Shown: positions 7,824 through 18,068 of the stretch, piece by piece
Layout of the letters: each line of letters starts with the position of its first letter
Numbering within the stretch: the first letter of the stretch is position 1
Notes under the pieces: generated by a model
The model's database searches: none
What the model saw: only the letters and a program-made list of their open reading frames with translations
What the model was told of the DNA's origin: nothing
Program-made: the position numbers and the translations under genes
DNA from: an uncultured Chloroflexia bacterium
Lineage (GTDB): Bacteria > Chloroflexota > Limnocylindria > QHBO01
NCBI GenBank assembly: GCA_963810925.1
Contig: CAWEPF010000010.1
Location: 333,695 to 397,694, forward strand
DNA length: 64,000 bases
Direction: 5' to 3'

Positions 7824-10800
7824 CCTCCGGCCGATGCCTGCTCCGCGAAGCGGGCGAGGGCATTCGCCAGCCGCATCTGGTCGGGGGTGCGGGCGCGGAC
7901 CTGTAGCAGCCGCGGCGACGCGACCACCACGGCCACGCAGCGGGCCCGGGAGGTCGCCACGTTGAGCCGATGGCCGCTGTACAGGAATCCCATCCCGCGC
8001 GGGGCGTCTTCGGCCGATGACGAGGCCATGCTGTAGATCGAGATCGGCGCTTCCTGGCCCTGGAACTTGTCCACCGTCCCGACGCGGGCCTGATCGGGAA
8101 GTCGCTTCCTGATCTCGGCCACCTGGGCGTTATAGGCGGCCACGATCACGACCTCGTCCCAGCCGACCGGTTGCGTCACGCCGTGCTGGTCGGTCCAGGT
8201 GGCACCCTCGTCGATCAGGGACGTCGCCAGCGCCACGACCGCCTCCGCTTCCTCGACGGAGTCGTTGTCGTTGCCGGTGTGCTCGACCGAGATCAGGCGC
8301 GGCCCGGTGCCCCTGGTCGGCATCGGTCCGTCCAGGGTCTGCACCTCGAGATGCCCTTCGGGCTCGAGGCGACTCTCGTAGAACACCTCCGAGGTGTAGT
8401 CGCACAGCCTGGGATGTAGCCGCCACGTGGTTTCGAGGAAGAGGCCCAGGTGGTTGGGCATGGTGGTTTGGTCGTCCAGCAGGTGGGCCAGCGCAGAACG
8501 ACCGGCGCCCGGCGGGTGGGCGCCCTGGGTGGGTTGGTCCAGCTGCTGCGGGTCGCCGAGGAGCACGACGGAGCTGGCGCCCTGCGCCGCTGCCAGGACG
8601 TTGGCGAGCGAAATCTGCCCCGCCTCGTCGACGAAGAGGACATCAACCGCCTCGGCCATGTCCTCGCGCGACCACAGCCACGACGTTCCGGCGGCGACCT
8701 GGGCTTCACCTGACCTCAGCGCGGCAAGCACCGCGGGGTTGTTCTTCGCAACGACCACCGAGTCGTCGCGCAGGGCGTCCTCGGGGTCCGTCACCTTCTG
8801 GATGACACGAAGGGGGACACCGGCCTCGTCCGCAGTCCGGAGCAGGGCTCGAAGGAAGTTGCCGATGACCTTGTGGCTTGTGGCGGTCACCCCGATGCGG
8901 CGTCCACTCCGCACGAGCGCAAGCGCAAGATGGGCGCCGCCAAACGTCTTTCCGGATCCCGGCGGTCCCTGGATGGCAAGCGTGGACCGATCCAGGCTGG
9001 TCCCGAGGCGCAGCACGGCCGCGAGATCTGCCTCGCCCGGCAAGCGGAGCCGGGCCGGATCGGGAGCGTCCACCCGGGGCGCGCGCCGAATGAGCAGGTC
9101 GAGCGCCGCACGGTGCGGTCCGTCCGCCTGCATTCCATGATCCGCCACCCAGCTCCCCAGCCGCAGGAGCGATTCCTCCATCACGCCGGTCCCGTACCAA
9201 TCGGCTGGGATGAGCGCTGTGGGGTGCGGCTTGTCGCCGGCCGCACGGAGATCGACGGTGCAGTTGATGTCGTCGATGGCGACCACCTTGCCTGGGCTCT
9301 GCCGGGTGACGGGATCCTCGACGGCTCCCCCGACCTTGATGTCGTATTCCTGGCGGGGAAAGTCGATAACGCCGCACCGTCGCGCCCTTCTCGTCCTTAA
9401 ACTCGCCCACGAATTCGAGGCCGGCGAGGGGCTCGCTGGCTTCGATGCGTTCGGCATCGGTCAGGTCGTCCCGCAGGTGGTAGTACAGCCACCAGGCGCT
9501 CTTGTTCTCGCGCCGATGCCAGGACAGGAGCTGGGCCAGCAGCCATCGGCCCTCCTCATCGGGCGTCCGATCGTCTCCGGCAAGCTCCGTCCGTCAGTCG
9601 CGCCGCGAGCGCGGCGACCTTCTCCTGATCCGCGTTGAGGGTGGGGCTGGGCGTGGGGTCTCCCGGCGTCTTGCGCGGGACCTCCTGGCCCGTCTGCTCC
9701 GCCAGCTCGTCGCGCCGATCCTCGAGCCAGGCGCGGAGTTCCAGGGTGCTCCGCACGTCGTCGCGGTTGTAGCGTTCGATGCGGTCGAGGTGATTCGCGG
9801 CGGGTCGGTCGGTCCCCGGGAGCTGGAGCCACTCCTCGAAGACCGCGATGCTCGATCCGGCGTCGCGCAGGTCCACCTCACGGGTGAGCCCGTACAGCGG
9901 TTCGAGCTTCTTGATGCTGTAGCTCTCGACCGACGCGCGCAGGCTCTGCTTGACGACGCGGTAGAGGTCCACCATGGCCGCGCCCCGCAGCAGCCGATCG
10001 ACCCGTCCTCGCGGGTGGCATGGCGGCCCATCAGACGCTTCAGGGCGGTGGGTTCGTACGGGGCGAAGTGATAGATGTGTGCCTCGGGGTAGTTCCATAG
10101 GCGAGCCGAGAAGAGGTCCATCACCTGCTCGAATGCGCGTTTCTCCCCGGCCGGGCTGAATTCGCCGGTGTCGTCCTTCGACCAGATCGGATGCCACGTG
10201 CCGTCGAGGTCCATGACCCCGAACAGGTACTCCATCCCGTCGTCGCCGGTGTACGGGATCTCCCTCGATGTCGAAGAAGAGGTCACCGGGCGATGGCGGC
10301 GGCAGGGCCGCCAGTCCCAGGTCGGACGGGATGGGTTCGCCCGCCGGCGGGAGGAGGAGTTCATACAGCGGCTGGTCCTTCCGCCGACCCTTGGAGCTGG
10401 ATGCGGGCCTGCTCCCGCACGCGCTCGAGGGCGGACGCGCTCGTGCGCTCGAGCGGGGGAACCAGGGGCAGCGGCAGCTCGCCGAGCGCCTCGAGGGTGC
10501 CCACGCTGCGTTCGACCAGGGATTCGCGCTGTCGCCGGCTGATGCCCGCCACCAGGCTGAGGTGGTCGTCGGCGCGGCGACGGGACGCGCAGTCGAGTCG
10601 CCAACGGCAGACGTCGCAATGGTCGACCGGCTCGGGGTACGTCGCCGGCGGGGGATAGGCCGGCTCGGTCGCGTTCGGCCCCACCGCGTCGTCGAATCGG
10701 GCGCGCGCCGCCCGGAAGTAGGCCATGAAGTCGTTTACGCGCAGCGTCCGCAGCCCGCCCTGCGACCCGCCCAGGACGACGTGAAGGTGCTCGGGGGCGA

Positions 10801-11311
10801 CTCCCTGTTCGGCGGTGAGCAGGTCGATGTACGTGCAGATCTGGAGGACCGCGCCGGCCTTCACGTGGCGCGCCAGCTTGGTGTCCGCGACCTCGTAGTG
10901 GTACGGACCCCATGCGCTGGGTCGATCGGGACTCTCTACGCGAAGGAGGAAGTCCGCGTGGCCGCGCCAGCGCCCGTCGAAAAACGTCGCCTGGTAGATG
11001 ACGTCGGCGCCGGAGGCCATGGCCTGGCGCGTTTCCTCGGCGGCTGCCCGCAGCTGCGCACCCTGATCCTCGATCGAGCCGTCGCGCTTGATCTCGACGA
11101 TGGACCGACCGTCGACCCGCAGTTCGGCCAGGTAACGCTGCTCGTGCTCCTCGCCCCGCCGTCGCAGGACGTCCAGCTCCGGGTCGTCGATGTGCGGTCG
11201 CTGCACCAGTCCGGCGAGCGCCGCGCGCTCCAGCGCGGTGAGGTGCTCGCATTCGAGGAACCCGACCAGGTCGGTGGCGGAGTAGACCGCCTGCCCGTCA
11301 ATCAGCTGCAC
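7763..11311 (-). pseudogene. TM0106-family RecB-like (PD-(D/E)xK, Cas4-like) nuclease fused to an SF1 (DNA2/NAM7-type) helicase, disrupted by five frameshifts
   Basis: The conserved protein can be followed through three reading frames, as laid out below. Five single-nucleotide shifts sit near 10391, 10265, 10010, 9588 and 9370.
- N-terminal nuclease: MQLIDGQAVYSATDLVGFLECEHL...YHYEVADTKLARHVK...LQICTYIDLL
- GRRKDQPLYELLLPP...DLFFDIEGD
- PYTGDDGMEYLFGV...HFAPYEPTALKRLMGRHATRED
- VDRLLRGAAMVDLYRVVKQSL...IERYNRDDVRSTLELRAWLE
- ELAGDDRTPDEEGRWLLAQLLSWHRRENKSAWW...LEFVGEFKDEKGATVRRYR
- The helicase (GPPGSGKT, VDEAGQ, NVATSRAR). Confidence 0.7.
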
Positions 11312-11341
11312 GGGCGCATTGTGGCCCCCCGAATGCGACGG

Positions 11342-11926
11342 CTAGGCCGTCGCGGTGTATCGGAAACTGGCGAGCCAGGCCGGTATCCCGGCGGGGCCGT
11401 GCAGGGTCTCGAAACGGGTGGCGGTGATGTCGATCTCCTCCCAACCATCGGCGAACGTCGCGCGCAGCTCGGCCTGGCTCAGCCGGCGCGGGCCCCAGCC
11501 GGGTGGCTCGGCTTCCGAGAAGCACGCGATGTGGAGGCTCGCGCCCGGTGCGGAGAGTGCCGCCATGCTGGCGGCATATCGGATTCGGTCCTCATCGGTC
11601 AGGGTATGGAAGCAGCCGGAGTCGATCAGGCTGTCGAAGGTGCGACTCACGGCCGCGGGCTCGAGGGCATTGGCGGCCAGGAAGATGACCGGCAGGCGTC
11701 GGGCGTGCGACTTCATCATGGCCCGCTCGATGGCCACGCTGGACAGGTCTATGCCCCACACCTCGTGACCCCGCTCGGCCAGGTACAGGGCGTTCTCGCC
11801 GGTCCCGCAGCCCACGTCCAGGACACTGCCCACGATCTGCCCGGCAGCCTCGAGATCCATGAACACCCGCTGCGGATGACCGATCTCCCACGGCGGCTGG
11901 CCTCGATAGGCGTCGTCCCAGGTCAT
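11342..11926 (-). CDS. Class I SAM-dependent methyltransferase
   Basis: VLDVGCGTGENALYLAERGHEVWGIDLS is a Rossmann SAM-binding motif I. Confidence 0.75.
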   Translation of the reverse strand: MTWDDAYRGQPPWEIGHPQRVFMDLEAAGQIVGSVLDVGCGTGENALYLAERGHEVWGIDLSSVAIERAMMKSHARRLPVIFLAANALEPAAVSRTFDSLIDSGCFHTLTDEDRIRYAASMAALSAPGASLHIACFSEAEPPGWGPRRLSQAELRATFADGWEEIDITATRFETLHGPAGIPAWLASFRYTATA

Positions 11927-12032
11927 GGCCCCAGTCTAGGGCCGCCTGCCCGCCGTCTGCGGAGCGCTGCCTGCGACGGCTCGTCGGACATGCCATTCTT
12001 ATCGGACCCACCACCTCGAGGAGACGACATCC

Positions 12033-12686
12033 ATGGACCTCATCGAGCGCATTGACGCCCTCATCGCCGACCGCCACCTGCTGAGCCACCCGTTCTACAC
12101 ACGGTGGCGCGAGGGGACGCTCCCGGTCGAGGCCATCCAGGAGTACACGCGCCAGTACTACGCCTTCGAGTCGGCGTTCCCGCGCCTCCTGTCGGCCCTC
12201 CACAGCCGGACCGATGACCCCGCCGTTCGCCAGTCCATCCTCGACAACCTGTGGGACGAGGAGCACGGCGAGGTGAACCACGCCGAGATGTGGCTCCGCT
12301 TTGCGGAGGGCATGGGCGTCGAGCGTGACGAGGTCCGCGGGGCGGAGCCCAACGAGGGTACGCGCGCCCTGATGGAGACCTACTGGGGCTTGGCCTCCGA
12401 TGGCGTCCCGGCATCCGGGATCGCGGCCTTCTACGCGTACGAGTCGCAGGTACCCGCCGTCTCGGTCGAGAAGATCGAGGGTCTCAAGACCCGCTACGGG
12501 ATCGACGACCCGCGGACCCTGGCCTTCTTCACGGTCCATTCCACGCTCGACCTCGAGCATTCGGGCGCGGAGCGCGAGGCAATCCGTCGGACCACGGCCG
12601 ATGCCGAAGGTGCCGATGCCGCGGTGGCCGCTACCGCGAAGGCCCTCGACGCGTGGTGGGGCTTCCTTGACGCGGTGAACGTCTGA
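12033..12686 (+). CDS. CADD/PqqC/TenA-like heme-oxygenase-fold iron enzyme (CADD-type pABA-synthase family)
   Basis: HPFYTRWREGTLPVEAIQEYTRQYYAFESAFPRLLSALHSR...AFYAYESQVPAVSVEKIEGL matches the CADD family pattern. Confidence 0.65.
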   Translation: MDLIERIDALIADRHLLSHPFYTRWREGTLPVEAIQEYTRQYYAFESAFPRLLSALHSRTDDPAVRQSILDNLWDEEHGEVNHAEMWLRFAEGMGVERDEVRGAEPNEGTRALMETYWGLASDGVPASGIAAFYAYESQVPAVSVEKIEGLKTRYGIDDPRTLAFFTVHSTLDLEHSGAEREAIRRTTADAEGADAAVAATAKALDAWWGFLDAVNV

Positions 12687-12769
12687 CCGATCCCACCCCG
12701 GAGCTCCCGGCGTCGGAGCTCCCGCTCGCGGAGTTCGGGTTTCCACGGACCGATCTCCGCCGTCGGCTG

Positions 12770-13138
12770 GTGGCGGCCATTCTCGGTGGGGAGAAGACCG
12801 CGACCGCCGGGCTCCTGGTCGATCACGAGCGCGAGGGTTCGTCGCTGCCCGAGGTCGGGTCGCGTCAGGTGGTCATCGACGAGTTGGACCGCCCGGTGGC
12901 GGTGATCGAGACGACCGAGATCACCGTCCGGCGCATGGCCGACGTGGACCTCGCGTTCGCGCGGGACGAAGGCGAGGGCTTCCAGACGGTGGGGGCGTGG
13001 CGCGCCGCGCACGAGCGGTTCTTCGGCTCGTACATCGAGGAGGTTCGCGCCGACCTGGACGATCCGGAATGGTCGCTGGGCGACGACACCCTGATCGTGT
13101 GCGAACGCTTCCGGCTGGTCAGCCGCCTGGAGGCGTGA
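12770..13138 (+). CDS. ASCH-domain protein (GTG start as listed; the true start is probably further upstream)
   Basis: RRRLVAAILGGEKTATAG is the ASCH N-terminal motif. The conserved sequence continues upstream (ELPLAEFGFPRTDL) to 12671 without any ATG/GTG/TTG. Confidence 0.55.
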   Translation: MAAILGGEKTATAGLLVDHEREGSSLPEVGSRQVVIDELDRPVAVIETTEITVRRMADVDLAFARDEGEGFQTVGAWRAAHERFFGSYIEEVRADLDDPEWSLGDDTLIVCERFRLVSRLEA

Positions 13139-13649
13139 GCCGCCCGAGCCACGCCGCGATCCGATCCAGGGCGTCGTCCCGGACCGCGTTCAACCCGTGA
13201 CCGATGCCCGGGTACGTGACCAGCTCCGCGTCGGGGAGCAGGCCCACCGCCGTGCGCAAGAGTGCAATCGTGGCGAACGGGTCGCGTTCGCCGCTCAGCA
13301 GTAGGACCGGGCAGGTGATGCGCGGCCAGTGGGCGGTGCGTTCCGCCGTCGTCTCGGGGTGGCCCGGTCGATGGAGCGGGTAGCACAGCAGGACCAGCCC
13401 GGCGGGTGTCTCGTCGGCGGCGAGGAGGCTGGCTACCCGGCCTCCGAACGACTGGCCACCGATCACGGTCGCCCCGTCGGGTGGCGCGGCCTGCCGGTAG
13501 GCGGGGATCGCCCGCTCCGCCGACCCGCGCGGCAGCTGGACCGGCTCGGCCGCGAACCCGCGCTTCGTGAGCCCATCGGTCCAGGGCCGCATCGCCGCGG
13601 CGGACCCCGACGCGCCGTGGGCGAGGCGGACGGTCAGCGGGCGAGCCAT
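13119..13649 (-). CDS. Small alpha/beta-fold hydrolase (dienelactone-hydrolase / KANL3-like)
   Basis: This is the real gene inside the artefactual 693-aa antisense ORF. MARPLTVRLAHGASGSAAAM...VIGGQSFGGRVASLLAA (GxSxG)...TYPGIGHGL. Its 3' end overlaps the ASCH gene by 20 bp. Confidence 0.6.
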   Translation of the reverse strand: MARPLTVRLAHGASGSAAAMRPWTDGLTKRGFAAEPVQLPRGSAERAIPAYRQAAPPDGATVIGGQSFGGRVASLLAADETPAGLVLLCYPLHRPGHPETTAERTAHWPRITCPVLLLSGERDPFATIALLRTAVGLLPDAELVTYPGIGHGLNAVRDDALDRIAAWLGRLTPPGG

Positions 13650-13676
13650 GGCGCCTGACGGTACCCTGTCGCGGTC

Positions 13677-15224
13677 ATGACCGACAGGGCGATCCCTTCC
13701 CGAGGACGCGCCGCTCTGGCCGGCGCCGCCGCGGGAGCGGCGGCCATCGGTGTCAACGAGCTCCTGGCGGGCCTGTTCTCCGGCGCGCCGTCCTTCGTCG
13801 CCGAGATCGGCGCCCTGGTCATCGACCTCCAGCCGCCCGGCGCCAAGCAGTTCGTGGTGGACCTGTTCGGGACGAACGACAAGCTCGTCTTCAGCCTGCT
13901 GATCGTGGTCGTCGCGGTCATCGGTTCGGCCGTGCTCGGCGTCGTGGCTCGCACCCGGTTCGAGCTGGCCACGGTCGGTTTCGTCGTTGCCGGTGGCGGA
14001 GCGGCGGCCATCGCCATCCTGCTCGACCCGTTGGTCAGTCCGGTTCTGGCGCTCCTGAGCGCCGTCGTATCGATCGCCACCGGCATCCTCGTCCTGCGCT
14101 GGCTGCTGGGCCTTGCCACGCCGGCGGGCGATCCGGTGGCACCCGTGGCGGAGATGCCCGACTGGTCCCGTCGCCGCTTCCTCGGGACGTCTCTTGGCGT
14201 GATTGCGGGCGCGGCCATGGTCGGGGTAGTGGGTCGGTTCATCGGTCAGCCCAGTGGCGCGCCGCCGGTCGCGATCCCCATTCCAGACCCCCTCAGCCCG
14301 GCCCCGCCCCTCCCGACTGGAAGCGACTTCGGCATCTCCGGATTGAGCCCCATCGTCACGCCCAACGGGGACTTCTACCGGATCGACACCTCCCTGCTGA
14401 CCCCGCAGCTGGACGTGGCGAGCTGGCGGCTCACCGTGGCGGGCATGGTCGACCGACCGCTCCAGTTCACGTACGAGCAGCTCCTGGCGATGCCCCTGTA
14501 CGAGCAGTACGTGACCATCGCCTGCGTCTCGAACGAGGTGGGCGGCAACCTGGTCGGGAACGCCAAATGGACCGGCGTGCGGCTCCGCGACGTGCTGGAC
14601 CAGGCCGGGGTGCAGTCCGGTGCCAGCCAGGTCGTGGGTCGCGCCTACGACGGCTGGACCTGCGGGTTCCCGACCGACTGGGTGATGACCGATGAGCGCG
14701 AGGCGTTGATCGTGGTCGCCATGAACGGGAACACGCTGCCCGCCGAGCACGGGTTCCCGGCGCGACTGATCGTGCCCGGCCTGTTCGGCTACGTGAGCGC
14801 CACGAAGTGGCTGACCCAGATCGAGCTCACCACCTGGGACGCGTTCGACGGCTACTGGGTCCCCCTCGGATGGGCCAAGGAAGGACCGATCCTGACCCAG
14901 TCGCGGATAGACCTGCCGCGGTCCGGCAGCACGGTCCCGGCGGGGGCGACGACGGTGGCCGGCGTGGCCTGGGCGCCCGATCGCGGGATCCGCCAGGTCG
15001 AGGTCCAGGTGGACGACGGGGCGTGGCAGGCGGCCGAGCTGTCGACCGAGATCGCCGACGCCACGTGGGTCCAGTGGCGGGTCCAGGCGTCGTTGTCGAA
15101 CGGCAGCCACCAGGTCCGGGTGCGCGCCACCGACGGGTCCGGGGCCGTCCAGGAGGAGCGCGTCACGCCGCCGCCACCGGATGGGGCTCGCGGCTACCAC
15201 ACCATCGCGGTGAGCGCGGCGTAG
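13677..15224 (+). CDS. Molybdopterin-dependent oxidoreductase (sulfite-oxidase / MsrP-YedY family) with an N-terminal polytopic membrane domain
   Basis: The N-terminal TM helices are followed by a twin-arginine motif (SRRRFLGTSLGVIAGAAM). The Mo-binding core has a conserved Cys in TIACVSNEVGG, and an Ig-like dimerisation domain follows. Confidence 0.75.
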   Translation: MTDRAIPSRGRAALAGAAAGAAAIGVNELLAGLFSGAPSFVAEIGALVIDLQPPGAKQFVVDLFGTNDKLVFSLLIVVVAVIGSAVLGVVARTRFELATVGFVVAGGGAAAIAILLDPLVSPVLALLSAVVSIATGILVLRWLLGLATPAGDPVAPVAEMPDWSRRRFLGTSLGVIAGAAMVGVVGRFIGQPSGAPPVAIPIPDPLSPAPPLPTGSDFGISGLSPIVTPNGDFYRIDTSLLTPQLDVASWRLTVAGMVDRPLQFTYEQLLAMPLYEQYVTIACVSNEVGGNLVGNAKWTGVRLRDVLDQAGVQSGASQVVGRAYDGWTCGFPTDWVMTDEREALIVVAMNGNTLPAEHGFPARLIVPGLFGYVSATKWLTQIELTTWDAFDGYWVPLGWAKEGPILTQSRIDLPRSGSTVPAGATTVAGVAWAPDRGIRQVEVQVDDGAWQAAELSTEIADATWVQWRVQASLSNGSHQVRVRATDGSGAVQEERVTPPPPDGARGYHTIAVSAA

Positions 15225-15238
15225 GTCACAATCGCCCC

Positions 15239-16150
15239 GTGGCCACTCCGGGCGCGCCCGTCCTCATCCTGAATCCCATTTCCGGCGATGGCGCCTCGGG
15301 GCGCTCGCTGCCCCAGCTGAAGGAGCTGCTCACCCGGCGCAACGCGGAGCTGCAGGTGTCCACCCGGCGCGGCCACGTCGAAGAGCTCGCGGCCGAGGCC
15401 ATCCAGCGCGGCGCCGACCGAGTCGTGGCGGTTGGCGGCGACGGGACGATGCAGGAGACCGTGAACGGGATCATCTCGGCCGGCGGCGGCGAGATGGGCG
15501 TCGTGCCCATCGGTCGCGGCAACGACCTGGCGCGGAGCCTGGGCATCCCGCTCGACCTGACCGCCGCCGTGGAGATTGCCCTGGGCACCACCGTCACTCC
15601 CATGGACGTGGGCCGGGCCGTTCGCGACGCGACCCTGCGCCACTTCGTGGCGGCCGGCGGCGTGGGCTTCGACGCCCAGGTCTCGTGGACCATGGCCAAC
15701 CCCCGGCCATGGTGGAAGAACGGGCGCGCGGGCTATTTCGCGGGCACACTGGACGAGCTCCGTCGCTTCCACAACCAGCGGCTCCGGATCACGCTCGAAA
15801 CCGATTCGGGGCGCGAGGTGGTGGACCACGTGTCGCTCATGGTCGCCTTCGCCAACGGGCCGTATTACGGCGGAGGCATGAAGATCTGCCCCGACGCCAG
15901 CCTGACCGATGGCCAGCTCGACGTGTGCGTGGTGGGCGACCTGAGCCGCATCCAGGCCATCCGTGAGCTGCCCGGGATCTACGAGGCCAAGCACGTCCGG
16001 AATCCCAAGGTGCGCTTCTACCGATGTCGCCGGATGCTGATCGAGGGCGACGAGCCGACCCGCGTCCATCTCGATGGCGAGCCGTGGGGGACGCTGCCCA
16101 TCCGGGTCGAGGCGTTCCCGGCGGCCGTCCAGGTCGCCGTGCCGATATGA
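15239..16150 (+). CDS. Diacylglycerol-kinase catalytic-domain lipid kinase (YegS/BmrU family)
   Basis: GTG at 15239 lies just after the upstream stop. APVLILNPISGDG...VVAVGGDGTMQETVNG...GRGNDLARSLG are DAGK_cat motifs. Confidence 0.75.
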   Translation: MATPGAPVLILNPISGDGASGRSLPQLKELLTRRNAELQVSTRRGHVEELAAEAIQRGADRVVAVGGDGTMQETVNGIISAGGGEMGVVPIGRGNDLARSLGIPLDLTAAVEIALGTTVTPMDVGRAVRDATLRHFVAAGGVGFDAQVSWTMANPRPWWKNGRAGYFAGTLDELRRFHNQRLRITLETDSGREVVDHVSLMVAFANGPYYGGGMKICPDASLTDGQLDVCVVGDLSRIQAIRELPGIYEAKHVRNPKVRFYRCRRMLIEGDEPTRVHLDGEPWGTLPIRVEAFPAAVQVAVPI

Positions 16151-16398
16151 CCGAGCGCACGACACTGAGCACGGGGATGTCCGTTTCCGACTCCGCGGGC
16201 CGACGGATCGGGACCGTGGATGCCGTCTTCGTGGACTACCTGCTCATCCGGACCAGCGGACGCCTACCGGTCGATCTGTACGTGCCCGTGACCGAGGTTC
16301 GCCCGGCAGAGGAGGCTGGTCTCACGCTCACCGCGGAGGACGCCGCGTCGGCCTACGCTCAATGGCATCGCCCGCTGAAGCGGGCACCGCACGACTGA
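16147..16398 (+). CDS. PRC-barrel domain protein (83 aa)
   Basis: MTERTTLSTGMSVSDSAGRRIGTVDAVFVDYLLIR. The start overlaps the upstream stop (ATGA). Confidence 0.5.
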   Translation: MTERTTLSTGMSVSDSAGRRIGTVDAVFVDYLLIRTSGRLPVDLYVPVTEVRPAEEAGLTLTAEDAASAYAQWHRPLKRAPHD

Positions 16399-16412
16399 GG
16401 AGCGAGACGCGC

Positions 16413-16786
16413 ATGCCGTTCCCACCTGGATCTCCTCGACGCCCTGCGGGAGGCCGAGGAGGTCGACATCGAGACCCAGGCGGCGCCCGGAGGCGCCCGT
16501 CCATCGGACCATCATCTGGGTCATGGTCGACGACGCTGATCGGGTCCTGATTCGATCGGTTCGCGGGACGCGCGGCCGGTGGTACCGCGAGGCGGTTGCC
16601 CACCCGGATTGCACGCTTTCAGTTGGCGATATGGCGGTCCCGGTCCACGCCGAGCCGGCGGCGGATCCAGATCGGGTGGCCGCGGCCAGCGCCCAGCTGG
16701 CGGTCAAGTACGCCGGCGACCCGTCGCTGGGACACATGCTTCGCGCCGACGTCCTGGAGACGACCCTCGAACTGCTCCCGCGCTGA
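16413..16786 (+). pseudogene. DUF2255-family protein carrying two frameshifts within ~100 nt
   Basis: The conserved sequence is split over three frames:
- MPFP (from the ATG at 16413)
- LDLLDALREAEEVDIETQAAPGGARP
- VHRTIIWVMVDDADRVLIRSVRGTRGRWYREAV...LAVKYAGDPSLGHMLRADVLETTLELLPR. Confidence 0.5.
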
Positions 16787-16807
16787 GGGTTGCGGTACCC
16801 TAGTCCG

Positions 16808-17717
16808 GTGACCGACGAGGCGCAGGCGGAGGCCTTCTACGCGCACGTTTCGACCGGCGGCAAGGTCGAGGCGGACGACTGGATGCCCGACGACTACCGC
16901 GCGGCCGTGCTGAAGTTCGTCGAGATGCACGCCAACAGCGAGCTCATGGGCGTGCTCCCCGAGCGCGACTGGATCCTCCGGGCGCCAACACTGCGCCGCA
17001 AGCTGGCCCTGACCAGCAAGATCCAGGACGAGGTGGGCCACGCCCAGCTCCTGTACCGGGTCGCCGAAGACCTGGGCAAGCCCCGGGAGCAGATGCTGGC
17101 CGACCTGCTGGCCGGTAAGACGAAGTTCCACAACGTCTTCCACTACCCGACCAGGTCGTGGGGCGACGTGGGGATCATCGCCTGGCTGGTGGACGCCGCC
17201 GCGATCGTCAGCCAGCAGGCCCTGCGCGATTCTTCGTACGCGCCGTACGCGCGGACCATGAAAAAAATCTGCTGGGAGGAGTCGGTCCACATCATGCACG
17301 GGCGGGACGTGGTCCTGACCCTGATGACCGGGACCGATGCCCAGCGGGCCATGGTCCAGGAGGCCCTGGACCGATGGTGGGGTCCCCTCATGCAGATGCA
17401 CGGCCCACCCACCGATCCGTCCACGGACCGCGACCTGATCTGGCAGATCAAGTCCAAGGGCAACGAGCAGCTGCGGCAGGAGTTCCTGGGCATCTACGTG
17501 CCCGCGCATCTGGGAGCTGGGCCTGACGGTGCCCGACCCGGCGCTGGCCTACGACGAGGCCACGGGCCGCTGGCACTACACCGAGCCCGATTGGGACGAG
17601 CTGCGCTCGGTGGTGACCGGGCACGGACCGATGTCCCAGGAGCGGCTCGCCTTCCGGCGCCACCACCGCGACGAGACCCAATGGGTCCGCGACGCGGTGC
17701 TCGGAGTGGCCGCCTGA
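16808..17717 (+). CDS. paaA: 1,2-phenylacetyl-CoA epoxidase subunit A; the reading frame is broken near 17512 by an extra G in a G-run
   Basis: GTG start. DWMPDDYRAAVLKFVEMHANSELMG...LRRKLALTSKIQDEVGHAQLLY matches PaaA. The C-terminus (PDPALAYDEATGRWHYTEPDWDE...) continues in the +1 frame, listed as ORF 17529..17717. Confidence 0.85.
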
Positions 17718-17726
17718 GGGGCGGAC

Positions 17727-18068
17727 ATGCCTGACCGGGTGTGGGAGGTCTTTCGCCAGGAGGCCGAAGGGGACCCGCTGGTGCACGGGGGGAGCGTGAA
17801 TGCGCCCGACGAGGAGCTCGCCATGCACTACGCGCGCGAGTTCTACGGTCGTCGCCAGGAGAGCGTCAGGTTGTGGGTGGTCCCCCGCGAGTCGATCGTC
17901 GAGCTCGAGGACCCGGACCTCCTCCAGCCTCCGTTCGACCGCTCGTTCAAGCGCCCCAGCGGGTACCTGATCAAGCACAAGCTCGAGGCCGCCCGGGAAC
18001 GCGCGGGAACACCGGCTGGCACGGGATCCGCCACGCCCACGACCGTTGAGCCGGAGGAGGGTGCATGA
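17727..18068 (+). CDS. paaB: 1,2-phenylacetyl-CoA epoxidase subunit B
   Basis: VWEVFRQEAEGDPLVHGGSVNAPDEELAMHYAREFYGRR...LWVV is a PaaB signature. Confidence 0.85.
   Translation: MPDRVWEVFRQEAEGDPLVHGGSVNAPDEELAMHYAREFYGRRQESVRLWVVPRESIVELEDPDLLQPPFDRSFKRPSGYLIKHKLEAARERAGTPAGTGSATPTTVEPEEGA

Noticed and set aside
13119-15200. Very long ORFs on the strand opposite real genes (for example 13119..15200 -, 9594..11252 -, 20916..23048 -, 31952..34360 +, 58172..59917 +, 501..1472 -)
   Set aside because: These are the usual stop-codon-poor antisense frames of a ~70% GC genome. Their translations are Arg/Pro/Gly-rich low-complexity with no recognisable domains. Only 13119..13649 of the first one is a real gene.
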